IMG/VR virus record: IMGVR_UViG_3300027804_003215
Span: 35,481-99,480 of that record
Source of the DNA: a virus
Direction: 5' to 3' (one strand)
DNA: 64,000 nucleotides
The position numbers and the translations under genes were made by a program. The notes under the pieces are model-generated. The model ran no database searches. It was not told the DNA's origin and worked only from the letters and a program-made list of their open reading frames with translations. Shown here piece after piece: positions 8,789 to 18,069 of this stretch; within the stretch, counting starts at the first letter, position 1; the number at the start of each line of letters is the position of its first letter.

Positions 8789-10321
8789 TCATCTTAGTGT
8801 ATAAATCAAATCATCAGGGGGGAACTTGTACGCATTGATTCCCAATTCAACATTTTGATTTTTGAAAACAATGGTTTCGAAAGAATTACTGAAAATCATA
8901 AAGTCAACATTGTATTTTTTTACACTGCTAGGAGTAAGAACCACAACCTTTCCCTCTTCGGTAAAATAAGTTGAGAATGGTTTTATTTGTGCGGTCATCA
9001 CATTACCATCGATTGTAATTTCACCATCAAGTCCTTCTGAATCTGATTGTGCACCGAATTCACTTTTAATGTTTACGTTTTCTAATCCAAATTCTTTTTT
9101 CAGTCTTTTACTAGACCAAGTTTCTACTTTCTCCCCTTTAATTCTACTTTCACCTAAGTTTGACATGATTGCTTTGTAAAATGGAGATTCTTCGTTGAAT
9201 ATTTTTTCTGCTGCTCCAATCAATATATTTACTAATTTTCTTACACCAACAATTTGTTCAGGTAATGTTTTTCCCTTCAATATAATTTTTGGTCTTCCGA
9301 CTTTTTTTAATATTGCGTTTACACTTTTTGTAATCATACAAAAGGCTCTATGATTACCTGCTAAATAACTTATATCGTGTCTTTGACCGTCTTTGTAAAA
9401 CCCCTGCATTCTGTTGATTTCAAGGTCTTTGGGTCTGTATTCTAACCAAGGTACTTTTTTTAGTGCGGTATAAATCCCCCCACCATAAATTTTACTTATT
9501 TCGTCAGTTTTTAAAAGTTGTTGGAAAAATTTATCATCCTCTAAAGTACACGCTTGAATGTATGATGAGTCAGTATCTTCAATCAATAATTCCTGATTTA
9601 ATTTAGATTCAATTAGTTTTGTTTTGGTTTTCATATCAAAAAGTTTTGATACGAAATCCCAATTGACTACTTTCCAAAAGTTTGTGATATATTCATCTCT
9701 TTTGTTTCTGTATTTGAGATAGTAAGCGTGTTCCCATAAATCTAACCCCAAAAGAGGAAACCCTCCGCCTTCAACTACATTCATTAGTGGATTGTCTTGA
9801 TTTGGGGTAGACATAATTTTAAGACTACCATTTTTAGTTATAATCAACCAAACCCAACCTGAACCAAATCTATCTTTGGCAATTGTCTCAAACTTCTTTT
9901 TGAAATTTGTGAAAGTCCCGTATTCCTTTGTAATTTTTTTATAAAGGTCTCCTGTTAGTTTTTTTGGTTTGGGAGTGAGCATGTTCCAAAAAAGTGCGTG
10001 GTTGAATGCTCCACCTGCGTTGTTTCTGATTGTTTTATCGTATCTTGAAATGTTTTTGATAATTTTTTCAAGTTCCAAATCACCATAATTTTTCTTTGCT
10101 AATGCGTCGTTCAATTTATCTACATAACCCTTATAATGTTTGTTATAATGAAACTCCATGGTTTCAGGGTCAATGAACGTTTTTAGGGCTGAATAAGAAT
10201 AAGGTAATTTTTCTATTCCGATTTTTTTCATTTCAGTGAGAAGTAAATTTTTTTCTTCGTTCACTTTGTTCTCCAAAATCTGATACTCTAGATTTTGAAT
10301 TTGTTGTTCTATCTTCTTCAT
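8789..10321 (-). CDS. sodA: Mn-type superoxide dismutase fused to a C-terminal PD-(D/E)xK-like domain
   Basis: LPYSYSAL, HYNKH, NNAGGAFNHALFW, FGSGWVWL, NQDNP and DLWEHAYY give all four metal ligands and the GG/Q Mn signature. An extra ~280 aa C-terminus contains E...D..GLD-x11-AQIKP. Confidence 0.9.
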   Translation of the reverse strand: MKKIEQQIQNLEYQILENKVNEEKNLLLTEMKKIGIEKLPYSYSALKTFIDPETMEFHYNKHYKGYVDKLNDALAKKNYGDLELEKIIKNISRYDKTIRNNAGGAFNHALFWNMLTPKPKKLTGDLYKKITKEYGTFTNFKKKFETIAKDRFGSGWVWLIITKNGSLKIMSTPNQDNPLMNVVEGGGFPLLGLDLWEHAYYLKYRNKRDEYITNFWKVVNWDFVSKLFDMKTKTKLIESKLNQELLIEDTDSSYIQACTLEDDKFFQQLLKTDEISKIYGGGIYTALKKVPWLEYRPKDLEINRMQGFYKDGQRHDISYLAGNHRAFCMITKSVNAILKKVGRPKIILKGKTLPEQIVGVRKLVNILIGAAEKIFNEESPFYKAIMSNLGESRIKGEKVETWSSKRLKKEFGLENVNIKSEFGAQSDSEGLDGEITIDGNVMTAQIKPFSTYFTEEGKVVVLTPSSVKKYNVDFMIFSNSFETIVFKNQNVELGINAYKFPPDDLIYTLR

Positions 10322-10328
10322 ATCTAAT

Positions 10329-10361
10329 GAAAGGCGTTTGTTATATAAATAACACGCTTTC
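10329..10361 (-). promoter_or_regulatory. Inverted repeat enclosing the TATTTAT promoter motif just upstream of the SOD start
   Basis: Minus strand reads GAAAGCGTGTTATTTATATAACAAACGCCTTTC, then 7 nt to the ATG. Confidence 0.55.
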
Positions 10362-10366
10362 TGTTA

Positions 10367-12121
10367 TTATCTCATTTCGTTGATTCTATTCATTATTTCC
10401 TCAACAAAATCTGCGGAGTTTTGTACGTCTCCCATGACAGTTGCAATGACATTTTTCTTTTGATTTAGAATGTCATAAATTATTCCTTCAATTGTGTTTT
10501 CAAATATTGGATAGTATACCAATACATTATTTTTCTGACCATATCTATATGCTCTATCTTCAGCTTGAGAGTGGTCTGAAGGTAGAAATGAAAGGTCGTT
10601 CATTATAACCGCTTCAGCGGAAGTCAAGGTTATACCCACACCAGCGGCTTTTATATTTCCAACGAAAACTGTTATTTTTTCGTTTTCTTGAAATTGGTCT
10701 ACCGCAAATTGTCTTTCTGCTTTTGACATCGAACCGTCAAGTTTAACTGCGGATTTTCCGAAGTGTTCGGTAATTTTATTGAGTGAGTCGGTGAAGTTAC
10801 AAAAGATGATTACTTTTTTTCCTTGCTCCAAAATGTTCTCAGCAAGTTCTATTGTTTGAGTAATTTTTTCATTTGCAACAATTTGTCTGACTTTTGTCAG
10901 TTTAGTAAATTGTACTGTTAAAGATTTAGATTCTTCAGGATTTTTTTCATACCAATTATAATACTCACCCATTACCTCCTCGTACTCTTTTGATTTTAAT
11001 CTAAGATAAACGGGTGTTATTATTTTATCAGGTAAATCTAATACATCTTCTTTGAGTCTTCGCAGTATTGTATTTGATGTTCTGTCTCTAAGTTCTTCTA
11101 GATTTGAAGACCCCATTACGTTCCATACTTTTCTCGGTCCTACTCTGAATTGATATCCTGAACAATACCTTATTACATAAGCCATCCAGTTTTTTGCTAC
11201 AGGAGAATCTACCAAACTTAATAAGTTATAATAATCGATAGGTCGGGAAGTCATTGGAGTACCAGTCAATAACCAAAGTCTGTCAACTTTTTTTACAAGG
11301 TCATTGATTAGTTTTGTTCTTTGTGCTTGAGCATTTTTGATATAGTGTGCTTCGTCAATAACCACCAAATCAAAATTGGCTCCAAGAATTTGCGATTCAG
11401 CTTTTTTCTTAGTGTCATGGAAATTTTTTATAATATCGTAGTTTATAATAACAAAGTCGTGATTTGGGTCGAAGTTTTTACCCTCGGCAATATATACAGA
11501 CCTGTCTGAATAATTTTCTATTTCCCTTTTCCAATTTATTTTCAAAGTTGCAGGACAAATTATTAATATTTTTTTTGCTTTTGTTTCGAGAGCTGCAATG
11601 ATTGTTGAGGTGGTTTTACCTAATCCCATATCGTCAGCCAAAATAAACTTTTTATTTTCAACCAACTTTTGAATTGCTTCTTTTTGATGATTAAGTGGAG
11701 GACGTACAGAATATTTTGAAAAATCTATAACAACATCTTTGACTGTGTTGTCTTTTATAACAGCAGCCTTTGGTAACCAAAAATCGTGTAATTCTTCACT
11801 ATCAAAAACTTTTCCCCAAATATGGAATGCTTTTTCTTTTTCGGCGAGTAATTTTTCCACCCAAACTTTAGTTGGTATTTCAGTGTAAAGTTTGTCGTCG
11901 GCTAGTTTTTGTGCAAAATATGCGTCAAGTATTACCCATTTTCTTGCAACTTTAGGTTGGTTTTCATGGTTATTAATAATATACTCTGATTGACTTCTTG
12001 TTGGGTAGAATTTCTTATTGACAATAGATTTCCTTTTCAACTCTAAGATATAGTTGTTTGCACCTTCATAGGTTTCAAGTATAGTTAGTGCTTTGGATTC
12101 TAAACTGACTTCAGGACTCAT
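10367..12121 (-). CDS. SNF2-family (SMARCAL1/HARP-like) helicase/translocase
   Basis: LADDMGLGKT, DEAHYIKN, LLTGTP, LRRLKEDVL, GVGITLT and QAEDRAYRYGQ motifs. Confidence 0.92.
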   Translation of the reverse strand: MSPEVSLESKALTILETYEGANNYILELKRKSIVNKKFYPTRSQSEYIINNHENQPKVARKWVILDAYFAQKLADDKLYTEIPTKVWVEKLLAEKEKAFHIWGKVFDSEELHDFWLPKAAVIKDNTVKDVVIDFSKYSVRPPLNHQKEAIQKLVENKKFILADDMGLGKTTSTIIAALETKAKKILIICPATLKINWKREIENYSDRSVYIAEGKNFDPNHDFVIINYDIIKNFHDTKKKAESQILGANFDLVVIDEAHYIKNAQAQRTKLINDLVKKVDRLWLLTGTPMTSRPIDYYNLLSLVDSPVAKNWMAYVIRYCSGYQFRVGPRKVWNVMGSSNLEELRDRTSNTILRRLKEDVLDLPDKIITPVYLRLKSKEYEEVMGEYYNWYEKNPEESKSLTVQFTKLTKVRQIVANEKITQTIELAENILEQGKKVIIFCNFTDSLNKITEHFGKSAVKLDGSMSKAERQFAVDQFQENEKITVFVGNIKAAGVGITLTSAEAVIMNDLSFLPSDHSQAEDRAYRYGQKNNVLVYYPIFENTIEGIIYDILNQKKNVIATVMGDVQNSADFVEEIMNRINEMR

Positions 12122-12520
12122 TTACTTAACTTCAACGTTTGTTCTTCCGTCGTTCCAATATTCTTCGCCACCATAATAAACAAAAATTTCTTCATCTTGT
12201 TCTATATCTCTCAAGGCAAAAAACTCAAAGGTGTCATTTTCGAGATTGGACCTCCAATTTGCATTGGGGGTATTACTATGGTTATAAAAACTTGAAAGTC
12301 CACAACCAACAACTTGTTTATCCCAATCGGATGTTCCTTGAGGCCAATTGAAACGGTAATTCATTAAAATTGCACTAGTGGTTTTTTTGGGGATTTCTAA
12401 ATCCAAATAAGGGGTTACCTCGAAAATTTCGTCTTTAAGAATTTTCTGAGAAGCGAAAACCCCTTTACCATGAATGGAACTATTGTCCAAGTATATTTTC
12501 GTTGACGGATATAAACGCAT
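12122..12520 (-). CDS. SET-domain protein-lysine methyltransferase
   Basis: IHGKGVFA, FYNHS..PNA and ALRDI..DEEIFVYYG motifs; likely start ATG at 12520 (MRLYP). Confidence 0.88.
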   Translation of the reverse strand: MRLYPSTKIYLDNSSIHGKGVFASQKILKDEIFEVTPYLDLEIPKKTTSAILMNYRFNWPQGTSDWDKQVVGCGLSSFYNHSNTPNANWRSNLENDTFEFFALRDIEQDEEIFVYYGGEEYWNDGRTNVEVK

Positions 12521-12563
12521 AGCTTTTGATTGAAATATAACAAACAGAAATATATTTATCAAT

Positions 12564-13079
12564 ATGGCAGAAAACTTAGTTCCTATAACTAGACTTGGTA
12601 AATTCTTTGGTGGCGAAGATTATACTCTTGATATTGATATGGGTCAGGAATGGTTAATCGGTGATATGAACTTCACTGTTGTTTTGTACAGAATTGACAG
12701 ATATAAAACCAAAACAGATGATGTCTACGGTGAGGTGTTAGAAGACGGAATTCAATTCTTGGCACCTGTTGAGTTGAAAGGTTATGTTCAAGTTTTAGCT
12801 CCAACAAACAAATTCCTTGGAAATTCAAGAGTGGAACAACAAGAGCCCGGTAATATGAGGTTCAGTGTATATCAAAAAACATTAGATGATTTACAAGTTG
12901 AAATTTTCATGGGAGACTATTTGGGTTATTATGAGAGTGAGGACAGGGTCAGATATTATGTTGTCTCGGATGACGGGTATGTTAAGTCGGACAATAAACA
13001 CACTTATGGTGGATACAAACCGTTCTACAGAACGGTTGTTGCTACTTATGTGAGTGAAAATGAATTCAGGGGTATATAA
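12564..13079 (+). CDS. Head-closure/neck protein (gp14-like)
   Basis: VVLYRID...DDVYGE...F..PVEL pattern; position before the tail terminator and sheath. Confidence 0.55.
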   Translation: MAENLVPITRLGKFFGGEDYTLDIDMGQEWLIGDMNFTVVLYRIDRYKTKTDDVYGEVLEDGIQFLAPVELKGYVQVLAPTNKFLGNSRVEQQEPGNMRFSVYQKTLDDLQVEIFMGDYLGYYESEDRVRYYVVSDDGYVKSDNKHTYGGYKPFYRTVVATYVSENEFRGI

Positions 13080-13492
13080 TGAAAATATTAATAAAAGAGT
13101 CTCAGTTCGACAATTTGTTTTTGGGTGCAAGAGTAATGGTATATTACAACTTACACAAACATACTTTTTCGGTAACATACTCAGGAAAGGTCATCATTCA
13201 TGCTGATTATGTAAAACTTGATGACGTTGAATTCAGAGTGAGAGAGGCTGGTAAATCTAAAGTTAGAGATGAAAAAAGAAAAAATGTTCATGCCTTTGTC
13301 ATTGGTAATTTGATTGATTATTGTGAGTTCCCTTGTGAAGATTTGGCCGAGCCTGAGGATGGTGTGGTAGTAACATATGACCCTTACAAGTATGATAGTT
13401 TCGTGATTAAAAAAACAGGGAAACCGGTCTATAACGCTAGTGAGGTTGAAATGGTCAATCTCAAAAATAAAATATATATAATTGAAGATTAA
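13079..13492 (+). CDS. Conserved phage hypothetical protein
   Basis: YYNLHK..FSV, RKNVHAFV.G and YDPYKYDSF motifs recur in phage proteins; N-terminal MKILIKESQ leader. Confidence 0.7.
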   Translation: MKILIKESQFDNLFLGARVMVYYNLHKHTFSVTYSGKVIIHADYVKLDDVEFRVREAGKSKVRDEKRKNVHAFVIGNLIDYCEFPCEDLAEPEDGVVVTYDPYKYDSFVIKKTGKPVYNASEVEMVNLKNKIYIIED

Positions 13493-13494
13493 AG

Positions 13495-14535
13495 ATGCCT
13501 TTACCTAAACAAGTCAAACCAACATTACCGTTAGTCCCAAAGAAAACTTTGAGTGCAAGAAGGGAGCAACTTTTGGAGTACATAAAAAAAGATGGTACTT
13601 ATCTTCCGAAGTCTGTTCTTCATGCCGATTTGGATAAGGGTATGTTGGAGTTTTCAAAAAATGAGTTGAAAGTAGTAACCGCTGGTAAAATTGTCCCTTT
13701 CCTTGATATAATCATTACAACTCAGAATTGGTCACAATATTTGGAAACATGGAAATTTGTTGATTTGGATTACAACCCTAGTCCTCCCTTTATAACTTTA
13801 GTCAGAAGCCCTGAGGTTAAGTATGGTTCGAACCCCGCAACAAAATATAACATACCAAATAGGAAACAGTTTTATTATGCTTCGGTACCAACTTGGGATG
13901 GAAACATGCAAGGAATGGACATATATACAATACCTCAACCTGTACCTGTGGATATCAATTATAGTTTGAAAATAATTTGTAACAGGATGAGGGAGCTCAA
14001 CCAACTCAATAAAAATGTAATGCAGACTTTTGCATCAAGACAAGCATATACTTTTATTAAGGGGCAATACGTTCCGATTATTTTGAACAATGTTGGTGAC
14101 GAGTCTCAAATGAATATGGACGCAAGAAAATATTATGTTCAATCTTATGATTTCACAATGCTAGGTTATTTGATTGATGAAGAAGAATTCGAAGTAAAAC
14201 CGGCAATCCAAAGAGTTACTCAATTAGTTGAAGTTGATACTTCCGTACTTAAAAAGAAAAGAAAAATTTGGCCCGAGAACCCAAGTCAGTTCCCAACTCA
14301 ATTTTTATTTTTATCGGGAGTAACTTCTCTCAGTGAAAAAATAGATTTCACTGCAAACATGTCAATTTTATCTACCGACAACATCTCATCTTACGATGTA
14401 TACATTAATGGTAACTTTTACGGGACTGACGTACCATTTATTCAAATAACATACAACGATGTACTCAACGTACAAGTAGAAAAAATTGACAACACCAAAG
14501 AAGCGATTATAAACTTTGACAACAAATTAGTTTAA
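13495..14535 (+). CDS. Tail terminator/sheath stabiliser (gp15-like)
   Basis: PQPVPVDINYSL...ELNQL...F pattern; located just upstream of the sheath gene. Confidence 0.6.
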   Translation: MPLPKQVKPTLPLVPKKTLSARREQLLEYIKKDGTYLPKSVLHADLDKGMLEFSKNELKVVTAGKIVPFLDIIITTQNWSQYLETWKFVDLDYNPSPPFITLVRSPEVKYGSNPATKYNIPNRKQFYYASVPTWDGNMQGMDIYTIPQPVPVDINYSLKIICNRMRELNQLNKNVMQTFASRQAYTFIKGQYVPIILNNVGDESQMNMDARKYYVQSYDFTMLGYLIDEEEFEVKPAIQRVTQLVEVDTSVLKKKRKIWPENPSQFPTQFLFLSGVTSLSEKIDFTANMSILSTDNISSYDVYINGNFYGTDVPFIQITYNDVLNVQVEKIDNTKEAIINFDNKLV

Positions 14536-14693
14536 TCTTCCCCGTATATATCTTTTTTCTCTTGACACTTTTCGAGTATCAGATTTTCCAAAAATTTATA
14601 AATTTTAATTCCCCTCTTATCACAATACTTTTTTAGGATTTCGTGTACTGCAGGGTCAATTTTTATGTTTTTGATTTCTTTCTTTGTCCTCAT
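14532..14693 (-). CDS. Small ribbon-helix-helix-like DNA-binding protein (53 aa, not in ORF track)
   Basis: Manual translation MRTKKEIKNIKIDPAVHEILKKYCDKRGIKIYKFLENLILEKCQEKKDIYGED. It has an alternating strand (KNIKI), a helix, a Gly turn and a second helix, and its own minus-strand TATTTAT at 14728-14734. Confidence 0.7.
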   Translation of the reverse strand: MRTKKEIKNIKIDPAVHEILKKYCDKRGIKIYKFLENLILEKCQEKKDIYGED

Positions 14694-14812
14694 GGTAGAA
14701 AAAAGGCAGAATTTATTCTCACCGTTTATAAATAGATAGTTAAAAGTAAAGTTTTTTCATTCGTATTAGAATATTTATCAATAAAATAAATCTGACAGAA
14801 TAATTTTTAATA

Positions 14813-17800
14813 ATGGCAACAACAACTGTAAACCAAAAAGTTTATGTTTCACCTGGCGTCTATACTTCTGAGACCGACTTATCATTTGTGGCTCAAAGCG
14901 TTGGTGTAACAACATTAGGTTTGGTAGGAGAGACTATAAAAGGTCCTGCTTTCGAACCCGTTTTCATAACAAACTATGATGAGTTTCAAGCCTTCTTTGG
15001 AGGAACTGAACCAGTGAAGTTTGTAAATACACAAATTCCAAAGTACGAGGCTGCATATATTGCAAAATCTTACTTACAACAATCAAACCAACTTTTTGTA
15101 ACGAGAGTGTTGGGATTGTCTGGTTACGACGCGGGTCCGTCTTGGAGCATTTCCTTGGTGGCAAATCCTGACCCAACAACAATTGATATTGACACAGGAG
15201 TTGCTGCAATCAATTTTACAAGTGCGTTCTCAGGAAACACTGGAGGAACAGTAAATTTCTCAAGTTTACCAGCGGTAATTGCAACAAACTTCAACAGTCT
15301 TTATACTTTGAATGATGGTAGTACTTCTACCTTCAATAACGATTTTACAGATGCATTATTATCTGTATTCTCTAATAACAGTTTATCAGGTAACACAGCA
15401 TTTGCTTGGGGAGCAATTCCAAGTTCAACTTACTTCAACGTATTAGGTGCAGGATATACTGGTTTCACAAACGAGTTCAGTGTTGATAATGTAAACTTAG
15501 ACAATAATGATTTGTCTGCGGGAGACAATGATGCATGGTACTACGCTAACTTTGATTTACAAACAGGTAATGATTATGGTGGATACTCATTTTATTGGGC
15601 AATCAATCAAATGATTAATCCAAGTGCTGGAATTTTCTCAGGAACTGTATCAGGAACAATTTTTACATATTCGGGAAGTGCATATAGTGAGTGGAATAAC
15701 ATGGTTGTTGCAACACTTCGTTCAAGAGGTATCTCTTTATTTACAAACAGTTCAACAAGTCAAAACCACGGACCAATTTATGAGGTGACTGGATTGACTG
15801 ATGTTGATTTAGTTTGTAACGGTCAATACACAGGGGTTACACAAAATCCTTTTTCTCTTTTTGGAATCTCAGGTGTTACTAAAGACGGTGATACTTTCCA
15901 ATTTGAAACTTCATTACAATCAACATCTTCTGAATTCATTACGAAAGTATTAGGTGTTGACAACTTTGGTAAACCAAGAAACGAGGTTCCTCTATTTGTT
16001 GAAGAAATTTATTCAGGTTCTTTAACATATGGTTATAATCTGAGTTATATTAGAGGATTAAATTGTAATTTGATTGCGTTACCAGGTGCTAGACCTGAAA
16101 CAGGAACTCCTTCAAGTTCTTCTATTGCTTGGAAACTTCAAAAATATCAATCTCCAAAAACACCTTTCATTGTTTCTGAATTAAGAGGTAATAAGGTGTA
16201 TGATTTGTTTAGATTTATATCTATATCTGATGGAGATGCTGCAAACTCGGAGGTAAAAGTTTCTATTGCTAATATGTCATATAATAATATGACTTTCGAT
16301 ATTTTGATTAGAAATTTCTTTGACACAGATGCTAATCCTGTCGTAATTGAAAAGTTCACCAATTGTACAATGGACCCAGGTTCTAACAACTTCGTTGCTA
16401 AGAAAATTGGTTCTTCGGATGGTGAGTTTGCATTAATCTCAAGATATGTGATGGTTGAAATGGCTGAAAACGCTCCAATCGACGCATTACCTTGTGGATT
16501 TAATGGTTACACTCAAAGAATTTATGAAAGTACTACAAATCAAGGACCAAACATTGTTTACAAAACAAGATATTTTTATCCTCAAGAAACAATATGGAAT
16601 CCTCCATTTGGAAATACATCAGGTGGACCTAATACTACTTTAGCACCTGGTGATGTTATAAGAAGAACATATTTAGGTTTTTCATCTTACTATGGTATTG
16701 ATGATTCTTTCCTACAATATTTGGGACAACAAAATCCTCAAATTGATTGGGCTGATACAACTGAATCTATTCCTTGGAACGGACTTACAAAAGGTTTCCA
16801 TATGGACTCAGGTGCTACTGTAATTTCAATTGGAAATATCTACACAACTAGCGGTCAACCGGCATATGAGTGTGGTGTTGCTAATTTTACAGCTGACCCT
16901 GAAACTCAAGAAAACCCTTACTACTTCATCTATTCAAGAAAATTCACAGTATGTTTTGCTGGTGGATTTGATGGATGGGACATTTATAGTGAACATAGAA
17001 CAAATGAAGACAGGTTCCAACTCGGAGCGTCAGGTTACTTAGCTGGGGCGGCACCTTCTGTAAGATATCCAAATGCAACAGGTCAAGGATTGTTCAAGAG
17101 AATTGTTGTAGAAAACAATACTCAAGACTTCGCTAACACTGACTACTACGCTTATTTGTTGGGTATTTTGACATACCGTAACCCTGAATCAACTAACATT
17201 AACGTTTTCGCAACTGCAAGTATCGACTACGTAAATAACTCTAACTTGTGTGAAGAAGCAATCGACATGATACAGTTCCAAAGAGCTGACTCTGTTTATA
17301 TTGTTACTACACCTGACTACGATATGTATAGTCCTGATGGAAGTGACGCACTACAAATTATTTACCCTCAGGAGGCTGTAGATAATTTGGATAACACAGG
17401 AATTGACTCTAACTATACTTCAACTTACTATCCTTGGATTTTAACAAGGGATACTGTTAACAACACACAAATCTATCTACCAGCAACTGGTGAGGTTTGT
17501 AGAAACTTAGCTTTGACTGACAACATTTCCTTCCCTTGGTTCGCAACAGCGGGTTACACAAGAGGTTTGGTAAATTCCATCAAAGCGAGAGTTAAGTTGA
17601 CACAAGAAGATAGAGATACTCTTTATCAAGGTAGAATTAATCCTATCGCAACATTTGCTGATGTAGGAACCGTAATTTGGGGTAATAAAACACTACAAGT
17701 TGCAGATACCGCACTTAACAGATTAAACGTAAGAAGATTGTTGTTACAAGCTCGTAAATTAATTTCAGCGGTAGCGGTTAGATTGTTGTTCGAACAGAAC

Positions 17801-18028
17801 GACCAAATCGTGAGACAACAGTTCTTGGATAGTGTGAACCCAATCCTCGATGGAATTAGAAGAGATAGAGGTCTTTACGATTTCCGTGTAACAGTTTCTT
17901 CTTCTCCTGAAGATTTGGACAGAAACACATTAACAGGTAAAATTTACCTTAAACCAACGAAAGCTCTTGAGTTCATTGATATTGAATTCTTTATCACACC
18001 AACAGGAGCTTCGTTCGAAAATATCTAA
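14813..18028 (+). CDS. Contractile tail sheath protein (gp18-like) with large insertions
   Basis: SPGVYTSETDLS, GETIKGPAFEP, YYPW, PWFATAGYTRG, LYQGRINPI, IWGNKTL, RLNVRRLL, LFEQND and KPTKALEFI motifs. Confidence 0.95.
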   Translation: MATTTVNQKVYVSPGVYTSETDLSFVAQSVGVTTLGLVGETIKGPAFEPVFITNYDEFQAFFGGTEPVKFVNTQIPKYEAAYIAKSYLQQSNQLFVTRVLGLSGYDAGPSWSISLVANPDPTTIDIDTGVAAINFTSAFSGNTGGTVNFSSLPAVIATNFNSLYTLNDGSTSTFNNDFTDALLSVFSNNSLSGNTAFAWGAIPSSTYFNVLGAGYTGFTNEFSVDNVNLDNNDLSAGDNDAWYYANFDLQTGNDYGGYSFYWAINQMINPSAGIFSGTVSGTIFTYSGSAYSEWNNMVVATLRSRGISLFTNSSTSQNHGPIYEVTGLTDVDLVCNGQYTGVTQNPFSLFGISGVTKDGDTFQFETSLQSTSSEFITKVLGVDNFGKPRNEVPLFVEEIYSGSLTYGYNLSYIRGLNCNLIALPGARPETGTPSSSSIAWKLQKYQSPKTPFIVSELRGNKVYDLFRFISISDGDAANSEVKVSIANMSYNNMTFDILIRNFFDTDANPVVIEKFTNCTMDPGSNNFVAKKIGSSDGEFALISRYVMVEMAENAPIDALPCGFNGYTQRIYESTTNQGPNIVYKTRYFYPQETIWNPPFGNTSGGPNTTLAPGDVIRRTYLGFSSYYGIDDSFLQYLGQQNPQIDWADTTESIPWNGLTKGFHMDSGATVISIGNIYTTSGQPAYECGVANFTADPETQENPYYFIYSRKFTVCFAGGFDGWDIYSEHRTNEDRFQLGASGYLAGAAPSVRYPNATGQGLFKRIVVENNTQDFANTDYYAYLLGILTYRNPESTNINVFATASIDYVNNSNLCEEAIDMIQFQRADSVYIVTTPDYDMYSPDGSDALQIIYPQEAVDNLDNTGIDSNYTSTYYPWILTRDTVNNTQIYLPATGEVCRNLALTDNISFPWFATAGYTRGLVNSIKARVKLTQEDRDTLYQGRINPIATFADVGTVIWGNKTLQVADTALNRLNVRRLLLQARKLISAVAVRLLFEQNDQIVRQQFLDSVNPILDGIRRDRGLYDFRVTVSSSPEDLDRNTLTGKIYLKPTKALEFIDIEFFITPTGASFENI

Positions 18029-18033
18029 TAAGG

Positions 18034-18061
18034 AAGGGGGGCTTAGCTCCCCCCTTTTTTT
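18034..18061 (+). terminator. Rho-independent terminator after the sheath gene
   Basis: AAGGGGGG-CTTAGCT-CCCCCC followed by a T-run. Confidence 0.85.
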
Positions 18062-18069
18062 AGCCTTTT

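Noticed and set aside
10367-12520. Eukaryotic giant virus (NCLDV) origin suggested by SET, SNF2, GT60 and collagen-like genes
   Set aside because: The contractile tail, baseplate and neck genes, overlap-coupled operons and Rho-independent terminators indicate a tailed bacteriophage.
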